Source: Macrostomum lignano
Lineage: Eukaryota
DNA: 64,000 nt
Assembly (NCBI GenBank): GCA_002269645.1
Contig: NIVC01003339.1
Coordinates: forward strand, 39,402 to 103,401
Reading direction: 5' to 3'
Of this stretch, positions 51,267 to 64,000 are shown piece by piece. Position 1 is the stretch's first letter. The number at the start of each line of letters is the position of its first letter. The notes under the pieces were generated by a model. The model had not been told where the DNA came from. It saw only the letters and a program-made list of their open reading frames with translations, and did not search any database. Made by a program: the position numbers and the translations under genes.

Positions 51267-54200
51267 ATGAATTCTGTAGGAAATTCAGGTTTGCTCGATG
51301 TGGATGATCTGCTTCCGCGACGCAGGTCTTCTCAGAGCCAGGGACAGCAGCAGCAGCAACAGGAGCAGCAACAGCAGACACCGCCAACTCGCGGTGGCCT
51401 TAAAGGCCCAGATCCACCCCAGAATTTGCACAAGTTCAGTTTCAAAAGCGTCGACGAACAGTACGTCCTGCTGCTCGATGCCATCGACAAGCTGAAGCTG
51501 GGCAGCGAGATCGACCTGCCGGAGATTGTAGTGCTCGGCGACCAATCCGAGGGAAAGTCGACCGTCCTCGAGGCGATTGCGGGAGTGAAGCTTCCAAAGG
51601 GTGATCGGACTTGTACGAAATGTCTGGTTAGGCTGCGTATTCGAAAAAAGCCTGAGGTGCAAGCCACAATTGAGTAAGAGATTAAATATTGTATTTCTTG
51701 CTTCTTTGCTGAGCCGAAAAATGCAAAATTTTGTGAAAGAATTCACAGAAATTTAAGCATGCTCGTGCCGCACTAATCCAGATTCGATGGCACTTCAACC
51801 GACGTGCACGACCAAGCGGACTTTTCGACAACTTTGAAGAAGATCATGGACGAACACTTTCCTGACCAGCAGGTGTCAATGAGAGCGGTCATCGACATCA
51901 AGATCAGCGGGCCAGCCCGTCCGAACCTGACCGTGATGGACGCTCCTGGATTCAAGAGGTATTGACCTTTTTGATTAACAGTAGAATGTAGCGATGAAAG
52001 CGTCTGCTGCTGATAGAGACAAAATAGACAGCTAAGAAAACTTAGTGGTTGAATTATAATCCGCATGTCTTTGTGAACGGTCATCAGCCCATTGGGTTGA
52101 AGCAGAGTCAAGTAGAATTGACTCAATAGTTAGTAATATTAAGCGCCCCGATCTGTGATAGAAATTCGGAGTCGCCCGAAGTAATTCAAAAGTCTGCTAA
52201 TCTTTGATTAGGGCCCATGAATTCTGTTGGCTTGAGATTCACAGCAGCAAAAGTTGTATTGGTAAAGGGAATCGTCAGGTTAGGCATTGAAATCTTGAGC
52301 AACATTCCTAAGTTTCCGACCCAACCGGAGAAACTGTGTACAAAGACGGCTGAACGTCGGTTAGCTCGTATCACTTAGTTGTTACATGGAAGGCATATAC
52401 ACGTAGACAAGAAAGAAGTAACTGGACGCATACAAACCAACAATGGTCAAAGTTCAAATCATTGGAGATTAGACAGCGATGGGATTTCTCTGACTATTTT
52501 CTGATAACTACAAAGGACATGAACATGAAACAGGAAAATGTAAAGTAATCATTGCTATTCCGTCCGATTTAAAATGATCCTAGGATTCTACACAAACTTT
52601 TGGTTTTACCTGAACGTGATGTCTCGACGATTCTAGTTGATTGGGGTAACAAGTAAAATATCAATGGCGGTCAGGTTGGCCCGCAGTTTTACTTCGGGTT
52701 TTATTTAAATCCTTAAGGCGACGTCCTCTTTTTATTTACCAATTAGACCGTAGTTGCTATAGTTAGGAATTCCTGATATTACTACGATTTTCGTTAGATT
52801 GTAGTACCTATTGATGAATTCGCCTAATATCTTCAATTTGAGTTTCCCTGAAATATAACTGCATCACAGTGACATGAACGAAAATGATGAAAACATGACG
52901 GCCCTGAGAGAGAAGTTGGACAACCCGAACGTGGTGATGGTTGTCGTTCTGAAGGCCATCAACGACATCGAGGCTTCTCGTGGTTTTGGCTTTGCAAGCC
53001 GGCTGGACCCCGAGTTTAAGCGGACCGTTTTCGTGCTGACTCACTGCGACAATCTAACAGACAACAAGCAGAAGATGGTGACCGATATGCTCAACGAGAG
53101 ACACGCTTTCGCCGTTAACTGCTACTCTGAGAACAGCGCATATTCTTCAGAGAAGGAGAAGAAGTTCTTCAATGAGCAGCTGTTCTGGAGAAGCCAACCG
53201 CAGTTCAACCTCGGTGTCGATGCCCTCATAAGTTATCTGGCTGAGCATATGTTCCGAATTTTGGAGCCACGAAAAGAAGAAATTCATTCGAGAGTTTTGG
53301 TGAGGCTTTTTCTGTTACCGAACAAAACAGAGATTGGAAAACTTTTTTACCTCAAGGGCCAGATAAAGAATATAGTTCATGGATGACCAGGTGAGAGACG
53401 AAAGAAGAGGGAATGGAAGAAAAAGGAGGAGATAAGAGATGAGAGAAGAGATGATGCAATTGTGAAGTTTCAAAAGATAGAGAGCCGATCCCAAAGTGTA
53501 AAATTAGTGACTGGGTAAGACACTTGTATTACTTTTCAGAAACTGTGGACAGCTGAAGACACCGAGTTGAAAAAGCTGACAGCCGAACAAGAGTATGCAG
53601 GGCGCGAGTTCAAGCGCTTCATTCGCAACGTGAACAAGGAGATTGAAGAGCAGCTGACTGGATCGCATCGATCTGAGAAGAATGAGCTCTACTCTGCATG
53701 CCGAAGGCAGTGGCAAAACTTTGGCGAGAAGATCAATAAAGTTGCTGAAAGCGTCATAAATGACCGTAAGTTATTGAGTTGAACAATGATCATATCGCTG
53801 TATGGATGGAGCTTTTGATCAAGCTCATTGCAGTTTCCTCATGGCAGCCATATCGAAACCATAATTTTACAGAAGCCCTGCTTCAATTGTGTTCGTCGTG
53901 GCCACTAAAATTGAGGCTCGTGAACAAAAATTTTGTTGAAGTTTGTTGAAGTGAATGCACAAAGCTAACTTAACTAATGTTGCCAGACATTCTGCTGAAA
54001 CCTCTCTAATAATCTTTCTATTCTTAATACTATTTGTAATAAGCAAACATCCGTCCCCATACTTATTAAATTTCAGTGAAGAAAATCGTCAAGGATGAAT
54101 GCGAAGACCAACTCGGCCGGGAAACCACTAAACTTCCAAACTATTTTCCAGTTAAAATTCGAATCGTCAAGAAGCACATCATTGATGCTGTTAAACCAAT

Positions 54201-56041
54201 AATTGATCAACTGATCGGAGAGATTGAATGCGTCATCCAGAGCCATATTCAAGACATCGTCAAAGAGCAGCTGAAGAATCGCGAACCGTTAGAAAATTTT
54301 GTTAACGACAAGGTCAGGGAGTATCTTCCCAATCTTAGGCGAGACGTGTCTAAAAAGATTGAAATGATTGTCAGCATGGAGACGATCGTTTACGAGTACA
54401 AGAGCCCCAGAGACGAAGCTCAAAAACAGCAGGAAGGGTAAGTCTCTAGCTTATAGCTACGTGGATATATAAGAGGTTTTACATATGGAGGGGCAGAGCA
54501 GATCAGTGGTAAAAGCATCTGGATCGGTTTTTCATTTGAGTCTTGTGTGTATTGGCCTGTGGGTTGTCGTAGGATTCACAACAATCAGGGGACTAAGCAC
54601 GGATGATGTGTTCCTTACTACCAAGACTTTCTTAGTAATCAAGGAACAATCACTTCTAGCTACTGCTAAGCAACCCAGAAATCAAATGAAGGTATCTATT
54701 ACCTTGAGTCTTGATCAGTAGAGCTCTTTCGGTGCGTTCTCGATCTCAATCAATTTAGACGTCTTGATTTAGTTGTTCTGGTCCAAGTTCCTTTTTACTT
54801 TCAACGAAGTCGTTTCCGGCCGGTATCTGTAGTTCGGACCAATCAGAAGCTTTGAATCAACAATGGGGATCCCTGCGCCGCGCTGCGGTTTCAAATAAGC
54901 CTTCTCCTTGTAGCAGTGACTCAATGCACTCTAGGTATAGCTCCGGTAATCACTGATAGTCTTCTAATGGCCATCAGGGTAGTCCTTCTGGAAGCTACAA
55001 CTAATGGAGTCTCAAATAGATTCAAGCACAACAATAATATCGAGTCGACTCTAAGACCTGGCGCAAATGAGTTAGGCTTACCGCAAGAACTCAGCCGAGT
55101 CTCGGTTGACTTGGTCTGAAGGAAATACCTCGACGACATGATTATTTTTTGCGTTATAAATGGTAAGGTGATTCATTGTTCGTTATACATAGTAACATTT
55201 TTCATAGTTTCCGTTAAAATAGCAACTTGACTCACGGTTTAAGTTTTGCTGCGCATGTTTGCATTAGTCTACTTATAGTAGCATTCTATGAATAGACAAC
55301 ATTTAACAATTTTTATGATTTTTTGTGGGAAGTAGAACACTCTACACGGAGAGTGTACATACCACCTGACAGTCAAGGGGCACCCTGTAGCACCCTGTGT
55401 GAGCGTGTGTATGAGGGCATGCCTGCGTGCCCTATTGACCCGCTTGTCTGTGCTCAGGGGTCAACGGAATGGGCAGAATTGCCTCAGGCGTTGGTTGTGG
55501 CCGATGTCGCCACAAGCGTTTACCTCGGGGTATCACAACCCTCCTGCATATTTGAATAACATTATTATTAATCATCTTCTTTTACTTTAATCCGTAACGT
55601 TTTGTTACAATTATTAACCGCAGAGCTCAAGGAGGGGAACAGGAAGAACAAGAAGAGACGGGACTCGTGGAGTCAGTAGTCCGGGAAGGTGCCGAGTTTT
55701 TCGCTTCTCCAGCTATGAAGCCTTTTGTGAAGCCTGCGTTTGATAAGGGCAAGCAGTTGTTAAAAGCAATTACCGATGATCCTGCGGATTTTCTGCAGAA
55801 AACTCTGCGCAGAGAGTGCCGCAGTTACATCAGGTTCGTGGAGAACAGACTGGCCAATAGCATTCCCAAAGCCATAATCACGTTCATGCTGAACCAGATG
55901 GCTGAGGACATCTGGGACTGCGTCGATGACGATGATATTGACGAGGAGACCAAGAAGCAGTTGAAGGCTGAAGTTGAGGAGAAGATTGAAAACTTGAAGA
56001 AGAGCACCGAAGAGCTGCAGAATTTGCTACTAAAGTTTTGA
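51267..56041 (+). CDS. Mx-like dynamin-family GTPase B, at least about 670 aa; exons (51267 or 51280)-51673, 51782-51958, 52870-53299, 53540-53765, 54077-54437, 55624-56041; 5' exon uncertain
   Basis: GDQSEGKS, TCTK, DAPG, THCD and GED SYIRFVENRLANSIPKAIITFML. All GT-AG introns with the same phases as GTPase A; the 177- and 430-nt exons are identical in size to those of A. Confidence 0.88.
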
Positions 56042-56345
56042 AAGAATAAAAATGTTTTTGCTTTCTTGTTGATTCTTTCGAAATTTCTATAAAATTGACT
56101 TTTAAGAGGAAATAGTGTAGTATAGTAGCAAAAATTAAAATGAAGGATAAATAATTAACTGTCATTTAAGGTTCATGACACTAGGTATTAAAATATCATT
56201 TAGTATATGTTAATATGATTTTATAATTTTACTACTATCAGTATCACGGCTCATTGCTCCAGTTTAATGCTTTCTATTTATTCCGCTTAATAATTAATTC
56301 AATGTATTTTAGAATACTACGGATTTTGCTCTGTACTATCTAATA

Positions 56346-56992
<647 letters not shown>

Positions 56993-58921
56993 ATCTAGTA
57001 GAATCTGGATCTGCTATCTGTTGCTTAAGCTCTCTTTCTCTTAAGCTCGCATGTAGTTTTAGGTATCAATTACTGAGCTCTATTTTTGTGCTTTCATTTG
57101 GATTATGATTAACGAAAACCTAAAATTAATAAACTTTTGAATGAAATTATTGAAGTATTCTTTGACTGAATACGGCTGAATATGACTGAATGCTTGAGAG
57201 ACTAGCTGAGGATGTCCGGGAGTTGAGGTTTGCCCACTGTCGAGGCTTGACCAGCAAAACTAGAGAGAGTGGCATCAGGTTGTCCATAGTCACCTGGTGC
57301 CACCTGTTGAAGGTCCAGAAGCTCCGCCTGGGTGAAGGCCAGTGACCAACGAAGTCAGAGCTGATGCAGACACATGTGATTGACGTGCTGATGAAATTTG
57401 GAGTATCGGCAAGGCTGCACTGAGGCGCAGTGCTAATTGGCGCACAGGGATGCACTGAATACACTGGCGCTTATGGGAAAAATCCGACCTTCTGGCATAA
57501 TCGTCGAATATCTCGACGGTCCGGAGGGCTGGCCACTTGATTCTTGTTTAAGAAAGTGCGCAACAAAAAAGTTAGCCCGCGTTCTTGAATTTCGTGTGCC
57601 TGCGTTGCTCCATTCCGGCGCAGCAAAAATATTGTCAGGGGGGGGGGGAATTTACCGCCTTCATCGTAGTTCTACTGTTGAAGTATGTTGTACTCGTAGA
57701 AGGCTTGCTTGAAAATTTTTTTTAGTATGTAACAGCTGGGACCCCGCGAAATTCATAATTGACTGGAATTCTGGCTCACTTGATTGTCAACGCAGAGTAC
57801 TTCAAAAATGTAAATTACTGCATCCGCTTCGCCCTCAAGGAATGTCAGAAATTTATTGACAAAAATTCAACTTAGCTACTAAACGAGTATGGCGAAAGAG
57901 AATTTAAGCTTTGGCAGGTGGAATGCTTCAGAGGTGAGTCAGGCAAGTTATTAAGCTGGCTGTATTAAACGAGATGTACGATCAATAATATCGATGCATT
58001 GAATAGCTGTAATTGTCTCTACCGCAACTACAAATATCGTCTACAAGTATTTGCAAGTTTGGCTGCCTAGAAACCAATTTCTACAGATTGATCAGGTTTG
58101 ACACAAAGTTTTTTTCGCGTACACGTTGTACTTCTGAGCGTCGCCTTTTTGTCTATAAGTTTATGGAGCTATCCGAAACGTTTCCATTAGTGACACACGC
58201 CAATAAATGAGTCACTGATAGTAGACATGTAAGAGATTGACTATAGAAGCAGACGAAGTCAGTCAGCAACTACATCGATGTTTTAGCCAATGACAAACTA
58301 ACAGTTTCCATGTAATTTTTCAAACCATATCGAACAGTTCTTAAATCCATTAAGCTATTTTAGAAAGAACAAAATTATATCCTCTCTCCAATGACAGAAA
58401 TCAAGCTAGAATGCACTAAATGCAGAACGAGTTTTGTTAACATTAAAGTTCAATAAGAGGACGCACGCATGCCAGTAAAGCGTGTGCACGAGTTGCACTG
58501 TTAATACAAGCGAGAGGGGTTTTGCACAATCTACACAGCTAGGGTTGGTTGCTTGTCCTTACAGCCGTTCAATGCACACTCACTGCACACAGGTCTCGCT
58601 CTGCACAGCTGTACACGTTGAGTGTAGAACTTTTCATACCTCACACAGGTCTGGGACTGTAGCACGCACAAGAAAACCTACATTTAGGGGCAGTCAAGAC
58701 TGTCTTCGTTTATCTAACAAACTGGAAACTAGAAAAGCAGTTGGTTTATTTAAAACAGAACAAGCTGTCTGAAAAAAAAGGTGATTAAGTTGAGTTAACA
58801 ACCAGTTGAATCAAAGTCTAGTCGTGTGATAAATGTTGCAAAACCTGTGATAAGTAAGGTTACGAATTAAGGTTGGAAAAAAATTTCTGAAAACTTTATT
58901 GAACTCGAGATCGACTTTTTA

Positions 58922-60329
58922 ATGGCGGAGAGGTGTCCGACGTCGGAGCTACACGCTGACGGCGCGTCCTCTGCTGCCCGCGAAGATCATCATCAGGATG
59001 ATGTCCAGCGCTACAGGGAGAGTATTGCCAGTCTGCGAATGTGGCTGGATAGCATGCCGCATCTCATCTGCCGCGATGGTGAGATGATCTTCTAGTTATC
59101 GTACTTTAATAATTGGATTCGGTTCGCTTTGGCGCCCCATTGTCATTTCATCGTTTAGCGTTTGGCCTCTCATTGCAGTAGCTTTGGCGCCTCATTGCAG
59201 TAGCTTTGGCGCCTCATTGCAGTAGCTTTGGCACCTCATTGCAGTAGCTTTGGCGCCTCATTGCAGTAGCTTTGGCACCTCATTGCAGTAGCTTTGGCAC
59301 CTCATTGCAGTAGCTTTGGCGCCTCATTGCAGTAGCTTTGGCACCTCATTGCAGTAGCTTTGGCACCTCATTGCAGTAGCTTTGGCACCTCATTGCAGTA
59401 GCTTTGGCACCTCATTGCAGTAGCTTTGGCACCTCATTGCAGTAGCTTTGGCACATCATTGCAGTAGCTTTGGCTCCAGTTCATAGTAAATACGGAGTTT
59501 CTCTGATTGACTGATATTCCTTAATTTTCTCTCAAGACGACGACTTCCTTCTGCGCTTCCTTCGCGTGGCAAAGATGGACCTGGAGCGAGCGCAGATGAT
59601 GCTGGACAACTATGTGACAATCCGCAAGTCAAGTCGCGGCTCGCCTCACTGGTTCGACTATCCGGCATTGGATGACGAGCGAGTGCTTCGCTACCTTGAA
59701 CAGCCTTTCGTTCATTTGCACCTGGGCTACAAAGCCAGTGGCGAGGCTGTCTACCTGTCGGCTCTGCAGTATTGGGACCCAGACCTGATGCCATTCGACC
59801 AGCTGGTCACCACACTCTACATGACAGCTGACGTAGCGCTGGTAGACCCGCACAGCCAGACGAGCGGAGTCACGGTCATAGTGGACATGAACCAGATTAG
59901 TAAAAAGCAACTCAAACTGTTTGAGAACAGGAAAACTTTGTTCAGCTTGCTAAGAAACTGGCAGGATGCGTTTCCCGTCAGGGTGAAGTCCGTCATCTAC
60001 TTGAACGAGCCGCTGTACTTTGATGTTATCTACGCGTTTATCAAAAGCGCCCGCTGCTCAAGCAGAAGCTGAAAGACCGGCTGCATCGAGTTGGCAAAGA
60101 TCTCGATAAACTGCGCCGATTGATTGGTGAAGAAGAAGCCGAGGCTTTGCTGCCAGAAGAGCTCGGTGGACGGAACGGCTCCATCCAGCAGCTGATGGAG
60201 GAGTCCAAGCTGAAGTTTCACAGCGACGATGTGCAAGAGGAATGGCGTCTGATGCGCGAGATGGACGTGCTGGAGGATCAGCGACCGCCTTCCACCGCGA
60301 ATTATTTGAAAACTTGCACGGTGCTTTGA
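58922..60329 (+). CDS. CRAL-TRIO (alpha-tocopherol transfer protein/clavesin-like) lipid-binding protein; exons 58922-59078 and 59537-60329; frameshift at about 60046-60050
   Basis: LRMWL..PHL, DDDFLLRFLRVAK, GVTVIVDM, QDAFPVRVKSVIYLNEP, then in the shifted frame PLLKQKLKDRLH..LLPEELGG; phase-1 intron. Confidence 0.85.
59170..59478. repeat. 22-bp minisatellite (ctcattgcagtagctttggc(g/a)c) in the CRAL-TRIO intron
   Basis: Direct; about 14 units. Confidence 0.95.
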
Positions 60330-62312
60330 GTTTGCCGCTGTGAGCTGATCAATTTGTTTAACTGTACAGCTTTGTCTGATCCATGCAGAATGCCCGCTAC
60401 GGTGTTCAACGACATTCTGAGCTTCCTTACGTAGAAAACGCTCGTAAGAAGATTTATACAGTAATTGTAGTTTGACAATAAGAAGCTTTGTGGGCAATCT
60501 CAAGCTACGAGGGCTGTCCCAAAAGTAGTGTTATCTTTCATTAAAACTCTCATGCTGATGATTCAATTAATGATGGGGAGTTGTCTGGAAGTGAGAAAAC
60601 ATGGTTAATGGCCAAATTGACACTCGACTCCCGGCGACCATAGACTATTTTATTTCACGCTCATAGACTCGTTCGTTTTCTAAAATGATATCCAGGGTAT
60701 ATTGCTTTAATTTATTATCAATTTAAAACAATGAGCGGTCATTGCTTGAATGACATTGACATTGCCTTAACAATGGAAACAAAAGTTACGAGCAAAAATC
60801 TAGCACGAACTCGGCCATAGTTTACAGTAAGTCAACACTCTAGCGGAAAGTAGCGAAAGTACTTTTGATTGAATGCACTCAGAGTTCTTTATTGGGCTGT
60901 TGTGATAAAGAGACATCTATGGGAAAACCCGGAGAACCATAAAACTTTTAGAGCAGCAGAATATTTCCCAGTGAACGTCAGCTTGATTGCTTTTTGTTCC
61001 CTCCTTTTGCTGCGCCAAAAATTATGGATGGGCATTCAATTGTTGCTCAGAGGAGTATGATTTACACCTTTCGGAGGACAGGGCACAATGCGGCTAAGAT
61101 TCTGTTGACTTACTGAAGTCTATGGTCGAAATCCTGCTATATTTTTGTTCATAACTTTTGTTTCCATTGTCTGTTTTTAACGATGTTAAAGTTAATATGA
61201 AAAAGAGAGTTGCCGCTATAAAGTTGTGCAAAATGATCTTATTGAGATCATTAGAACAATAGATATATTGAAAAGTAACGCAAGTTCAGTGCACTTTCTT
61301 TCGCGCTGTGTTAAGAATTTTAAATCTCTCAGTGCAAAAGTAGGGCACATGTACCATGACATAAACCTGTGCTTCTCTTCTGTTTTACTAGCAATTGTTC
61401 TAGCAATCTGATTGACTATTTCTGTTATCTTTCTATCGATAATTCGAGCCATATGTATAGCCAAGTTTTTATTCCAAGAGTATGAGCCTGAATAATTGAT
61501 GACATTTTTGTAATTATAGATTGCCAAATTAATAAGATTTATTTTCTACACAATGTGCCTCGATTCAGTTAATTTTATTTGTGTCCGCCAATTCTCTAAT
61601 TTCCCGTTTTGATTGAATTTTTTTCCTGTACAAATAGGAAATGTCTTTTGTGTTCAATTTATAGTTGATTTCGTGATAACGACAGAAAGAAGCAATAAAT
61701 TAAAAGTCGATTTAAACAAAAAATATGACGTTTGCATAGCTGAACAGTTTTGGGACTAAAAAAAATGCTGGATTTTTCAGCCCCAAAGCCATGGGAACTT
61801 TTGGGAGCATTACTCGTATGTTCACGCCAGCACGAAAGAGGTTTAATTTAATTACCGATTGCCAACCGTTAGCAAACAATCAGACAATGAGATTAATTCA
61901 GCTTTGTGGGCCTGCAATCCTTTGTCACTAATGTTTTTTCCGGAACTCATTTTCGTATTTTTTCTTCCCCGTCTATAAAATTATCGACGTTTTGGGAAAA
62001 TTCTTAGTCCAATGTCTCAGCCGATAAACCAGGTGCCATTCAGTTCATTGCGACGGATTTGACTCCCAAGTGTTTAAGTTGGTAAGCAGTCTTCTTATCT
62101 GAGCCTTCCGTTCATTTCTACAAGTAATTAACACTGTTCTTTTCAAGCTTCAACGAAAAGCCCAGAATAAGTTGAAGGATTTCAAATCCCAAGTACACTG
62201 TGTACGTAAAAAGCAGAGAGAGTAAACTTGGTAAATCTTGATAATAATAAAAGCCATTGATTAAGAGCGTACACCTGCCCTACGAGCGTATTAATGGGCT
62301 ATTGCGCGGTGC

Positions 62313-62540
62313 ATCTGAAGGCTGCGTACGCGTACGACTGTTCAGTCCAAGGACTGGGGGGTGTCATCAACCCACCCTCAATTACCCCAGCTAATGCTGG
62401 CACCCATTTTACAGCTGGGTGAACTGAAGCAATGCAGAGTTAAGTGTCTTGCTCAAGGAAATAAATGTTCGAGTGGGTCGGGAATCGAACCCCGACCTTC
62501 GAGTCGTGAGTCGACGCTCTGACCACTAGGCTGCAACCCC
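62313..62540 (-). mobile_element. CORE-type SINE, copy 3 (most complete tRNA-like head)
   Basis: The minus strand begins GGGGTTGCAGCCTAGTGGTCAGAGCG (A-box-like) ..GGTTCGATTCC (B-box), followed by the CORE-like body. Confidence 0.85.
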
Positions 62541-62711
62541 TTAATCTTAAACGGAGACTAAAAGTAAGTCACGTGACACCTTAACAAGAATTATAGTTTG
62601 GCAGTTAAGCGGTGGGCACCAGAAAGCAAAAACTGAGTTGATGATATTAGCAACCGAATCGACGAACCTAGCTTGATATAGATCTCTAACTCCAATTCCA
62701 CAAACCACAGG

Positions 62712-63812
62712 ATGGCGACCAATGCTTGTTGGCAATTGTTAGCCCTGCTAATAATCTCGTTCGGACAACTGGAAACAAGCAGTTCTTCACTCATCATCGG
62801 CAACAATCAGCAGAATTGGCTTCGAGCGACTCTGGCAGCCAGTGTCTGGCCCAGATAACGCTGATGACATTCTAACAAGTTCGATTGGTCGCAGCTCGAG
62901 TATCCTGGACTGCCTGGCTGAAGCTACAGCTTGGCTAAGAGTCGGAGAAGTGACTGAGCATCCGGCCCAGATGCCAGCAGTGGCCCAGTTCAACTCTCTC
63001 ACCAGGGTGTGCAGCCTGTTCGCCTATCAGTCGGTCTGTCGGAAATTTTTAACACCAATAGCCGGTTCCACAGTTGCTAAGGGCGATTGTCAAGCTTTTG
63101 TACGATGGCCAATATCGGCGAAACAAGTGAAAGATATTGGAGCTATTGCAGCTCTCTGCTAGGCCTGTGGCTGTTCTCCAGTAGCAAATCCGGAATGGAG
63201 AATCTGATCTGTCAACAGGCTGACAATGTCAACAGGTTGACTATCACTGGTGGAGTCCAGTTGGGCAAAGAAGGAGCAAAATTCGATGGAGTGAATTCCG
63301 AACTGCTGCTAACCAACAGTCGGGGCTATGCCAGCAGTCTGCTTCAAGGCTTCTCGTGGCTGCTGAGGCTTAACGGAAGCCGGGAGTTCAAGCCCTGGTT
63401 GAAACCATGGACTGCAATATGCTGTCTATACGAACAGGCCTGCTCTGGGAGAGTCCCTCATCAAGGCAGCTGACCTACAACTCGTTGCTAGGCAGCAGGC
63501 CTAATGCTCAAATCAATACGCTTAATTCTCCTCTGTCGAATAACTCGTCTGTTTGGCACAACATCGCTCTGACTGCGTCCATTCCCGGAAGTCAGGTGAA
63601 CATCTCGGTGGATCAGACGGTTCTGACTGACATATTGTCCATTTCACCGGTGGGACTTATAGTTTGAACCAAACAGGTACTGCTTGAGTCTCGGCCGTAC
63701 ACACATCGGATACACCAGCTCACTGATGGGAACAGTGTCCGGTTTTGCATTGGCCAATGCCAGTCTCACTTCGGCCCAACTGCAACTGCTGTTTGACATC
63801 ATGCGACAATAA
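62712..63812 (+). pseudogene. Multiply frameshifted secreted PAN-like + LamG/concanavalin-A-fold gene
   Basis: Signal peptide MATNACWQLLALLIIS; SILDCLAEA..FNSLTRVCSLF (PAN-like); LLGLWLF..GAKFDG, VWHNIALT, LSLG..GTVSGFAL..LTSAQLQLL* (LamG-like); spread over at least 4 frame changes. Confidence 0.55.
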
Positions 63813-64000
63813 GATTGACGTACAGATGGAGATGATACTGAAACTCTGTTGAACTGTTGAACTACCTTTGCTTTTAGATCGAAGAGATAATATAACAGAA
63901 AATTTTTGAAGGCTAATATGATTGCTACTTAAAATTTGCCACATTAGCTAAGTCATTTAGCACGATTTTATACTCTGCTCGCTTGCATTCTGTAACAGTA

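Noticed and set aside
54565-55138. Solo LTR (tgtcgt...acgaca) in a GTPase B intron
   Set aside because: The flanks (tgggt / tgatt) are not a TSD and there is no second copy in the window. The segments at about 33.2-34.0, 45.1-45.9, 48.6-50.0 and 52.1-52.8 kb look repeat-like but also lack definable ends.
26175-56041. Prokaryotic dynamin/kinase anti-phage operon or horizontally acquired block
   Set aside because: The genes have multiple spliceosomal introns with conserved phases and host-like codon use; nothing indicates bacterial origin.
57147-57712. ORFs between GTPase B and CRAL-TRIO
   Set aside because: No recognisable motif, no consistent splice sites, and stops in all frames.
60506-60540. 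Second mariner-like terminus (TA-cgagggctgtcccaaaagt)
   Set aside because: No matching right TIR or transposase was found downstream.
62470-62540. tRNA gene
   Set aside because: A/B boxes are present but there is no complete acceptor stem, and the sequence runs straight into the SINE body shared by three copies.

Overview
AT-rich, intron-containing animal DNA with GC-rich exons. It looks like an invertebrate, possibly a free-living flatworm such as Macrostomum (inferred from composition only). Supported genes: two 5' exons of a calsyntenin-like cadherin (-); a 3-exon lamin B receptor/ERG24-type sterol reductase (+); two divergent TAK1/TKL-like kinases, each with one frameshift; two PH-less Mx-like dynamin GTPases whose splice phases I could close by hand; two secreted PAN/apple + F-type lectin genes; a CRAL-TRIO gene; and a frameshifted PAN + LamG gene. 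The best candidate for an undescribed system is the 21.5-56 kb cluster of duplicated, fast-diverging Mx-like GTPases (G4 = THCD), kinases sharing an unrecognised C-terminal domain and conserved upstream DNA, and fucolectins. It reads like an innate-immunity locus, but that function is inference. The window is dense in mobile DNA: a CpG-depleted DDE transposase pseudogene with a nested MITE, a Penelope-like fragment with inverted arms, three CORE-SINEs, an RTE fragment, a head-to-head Tc1 pair nested in a fold-back element, a near-intact mariner, hAT MITEs and many minisatellites. All exon boundaries, counts and identities are manual and no searches were run.
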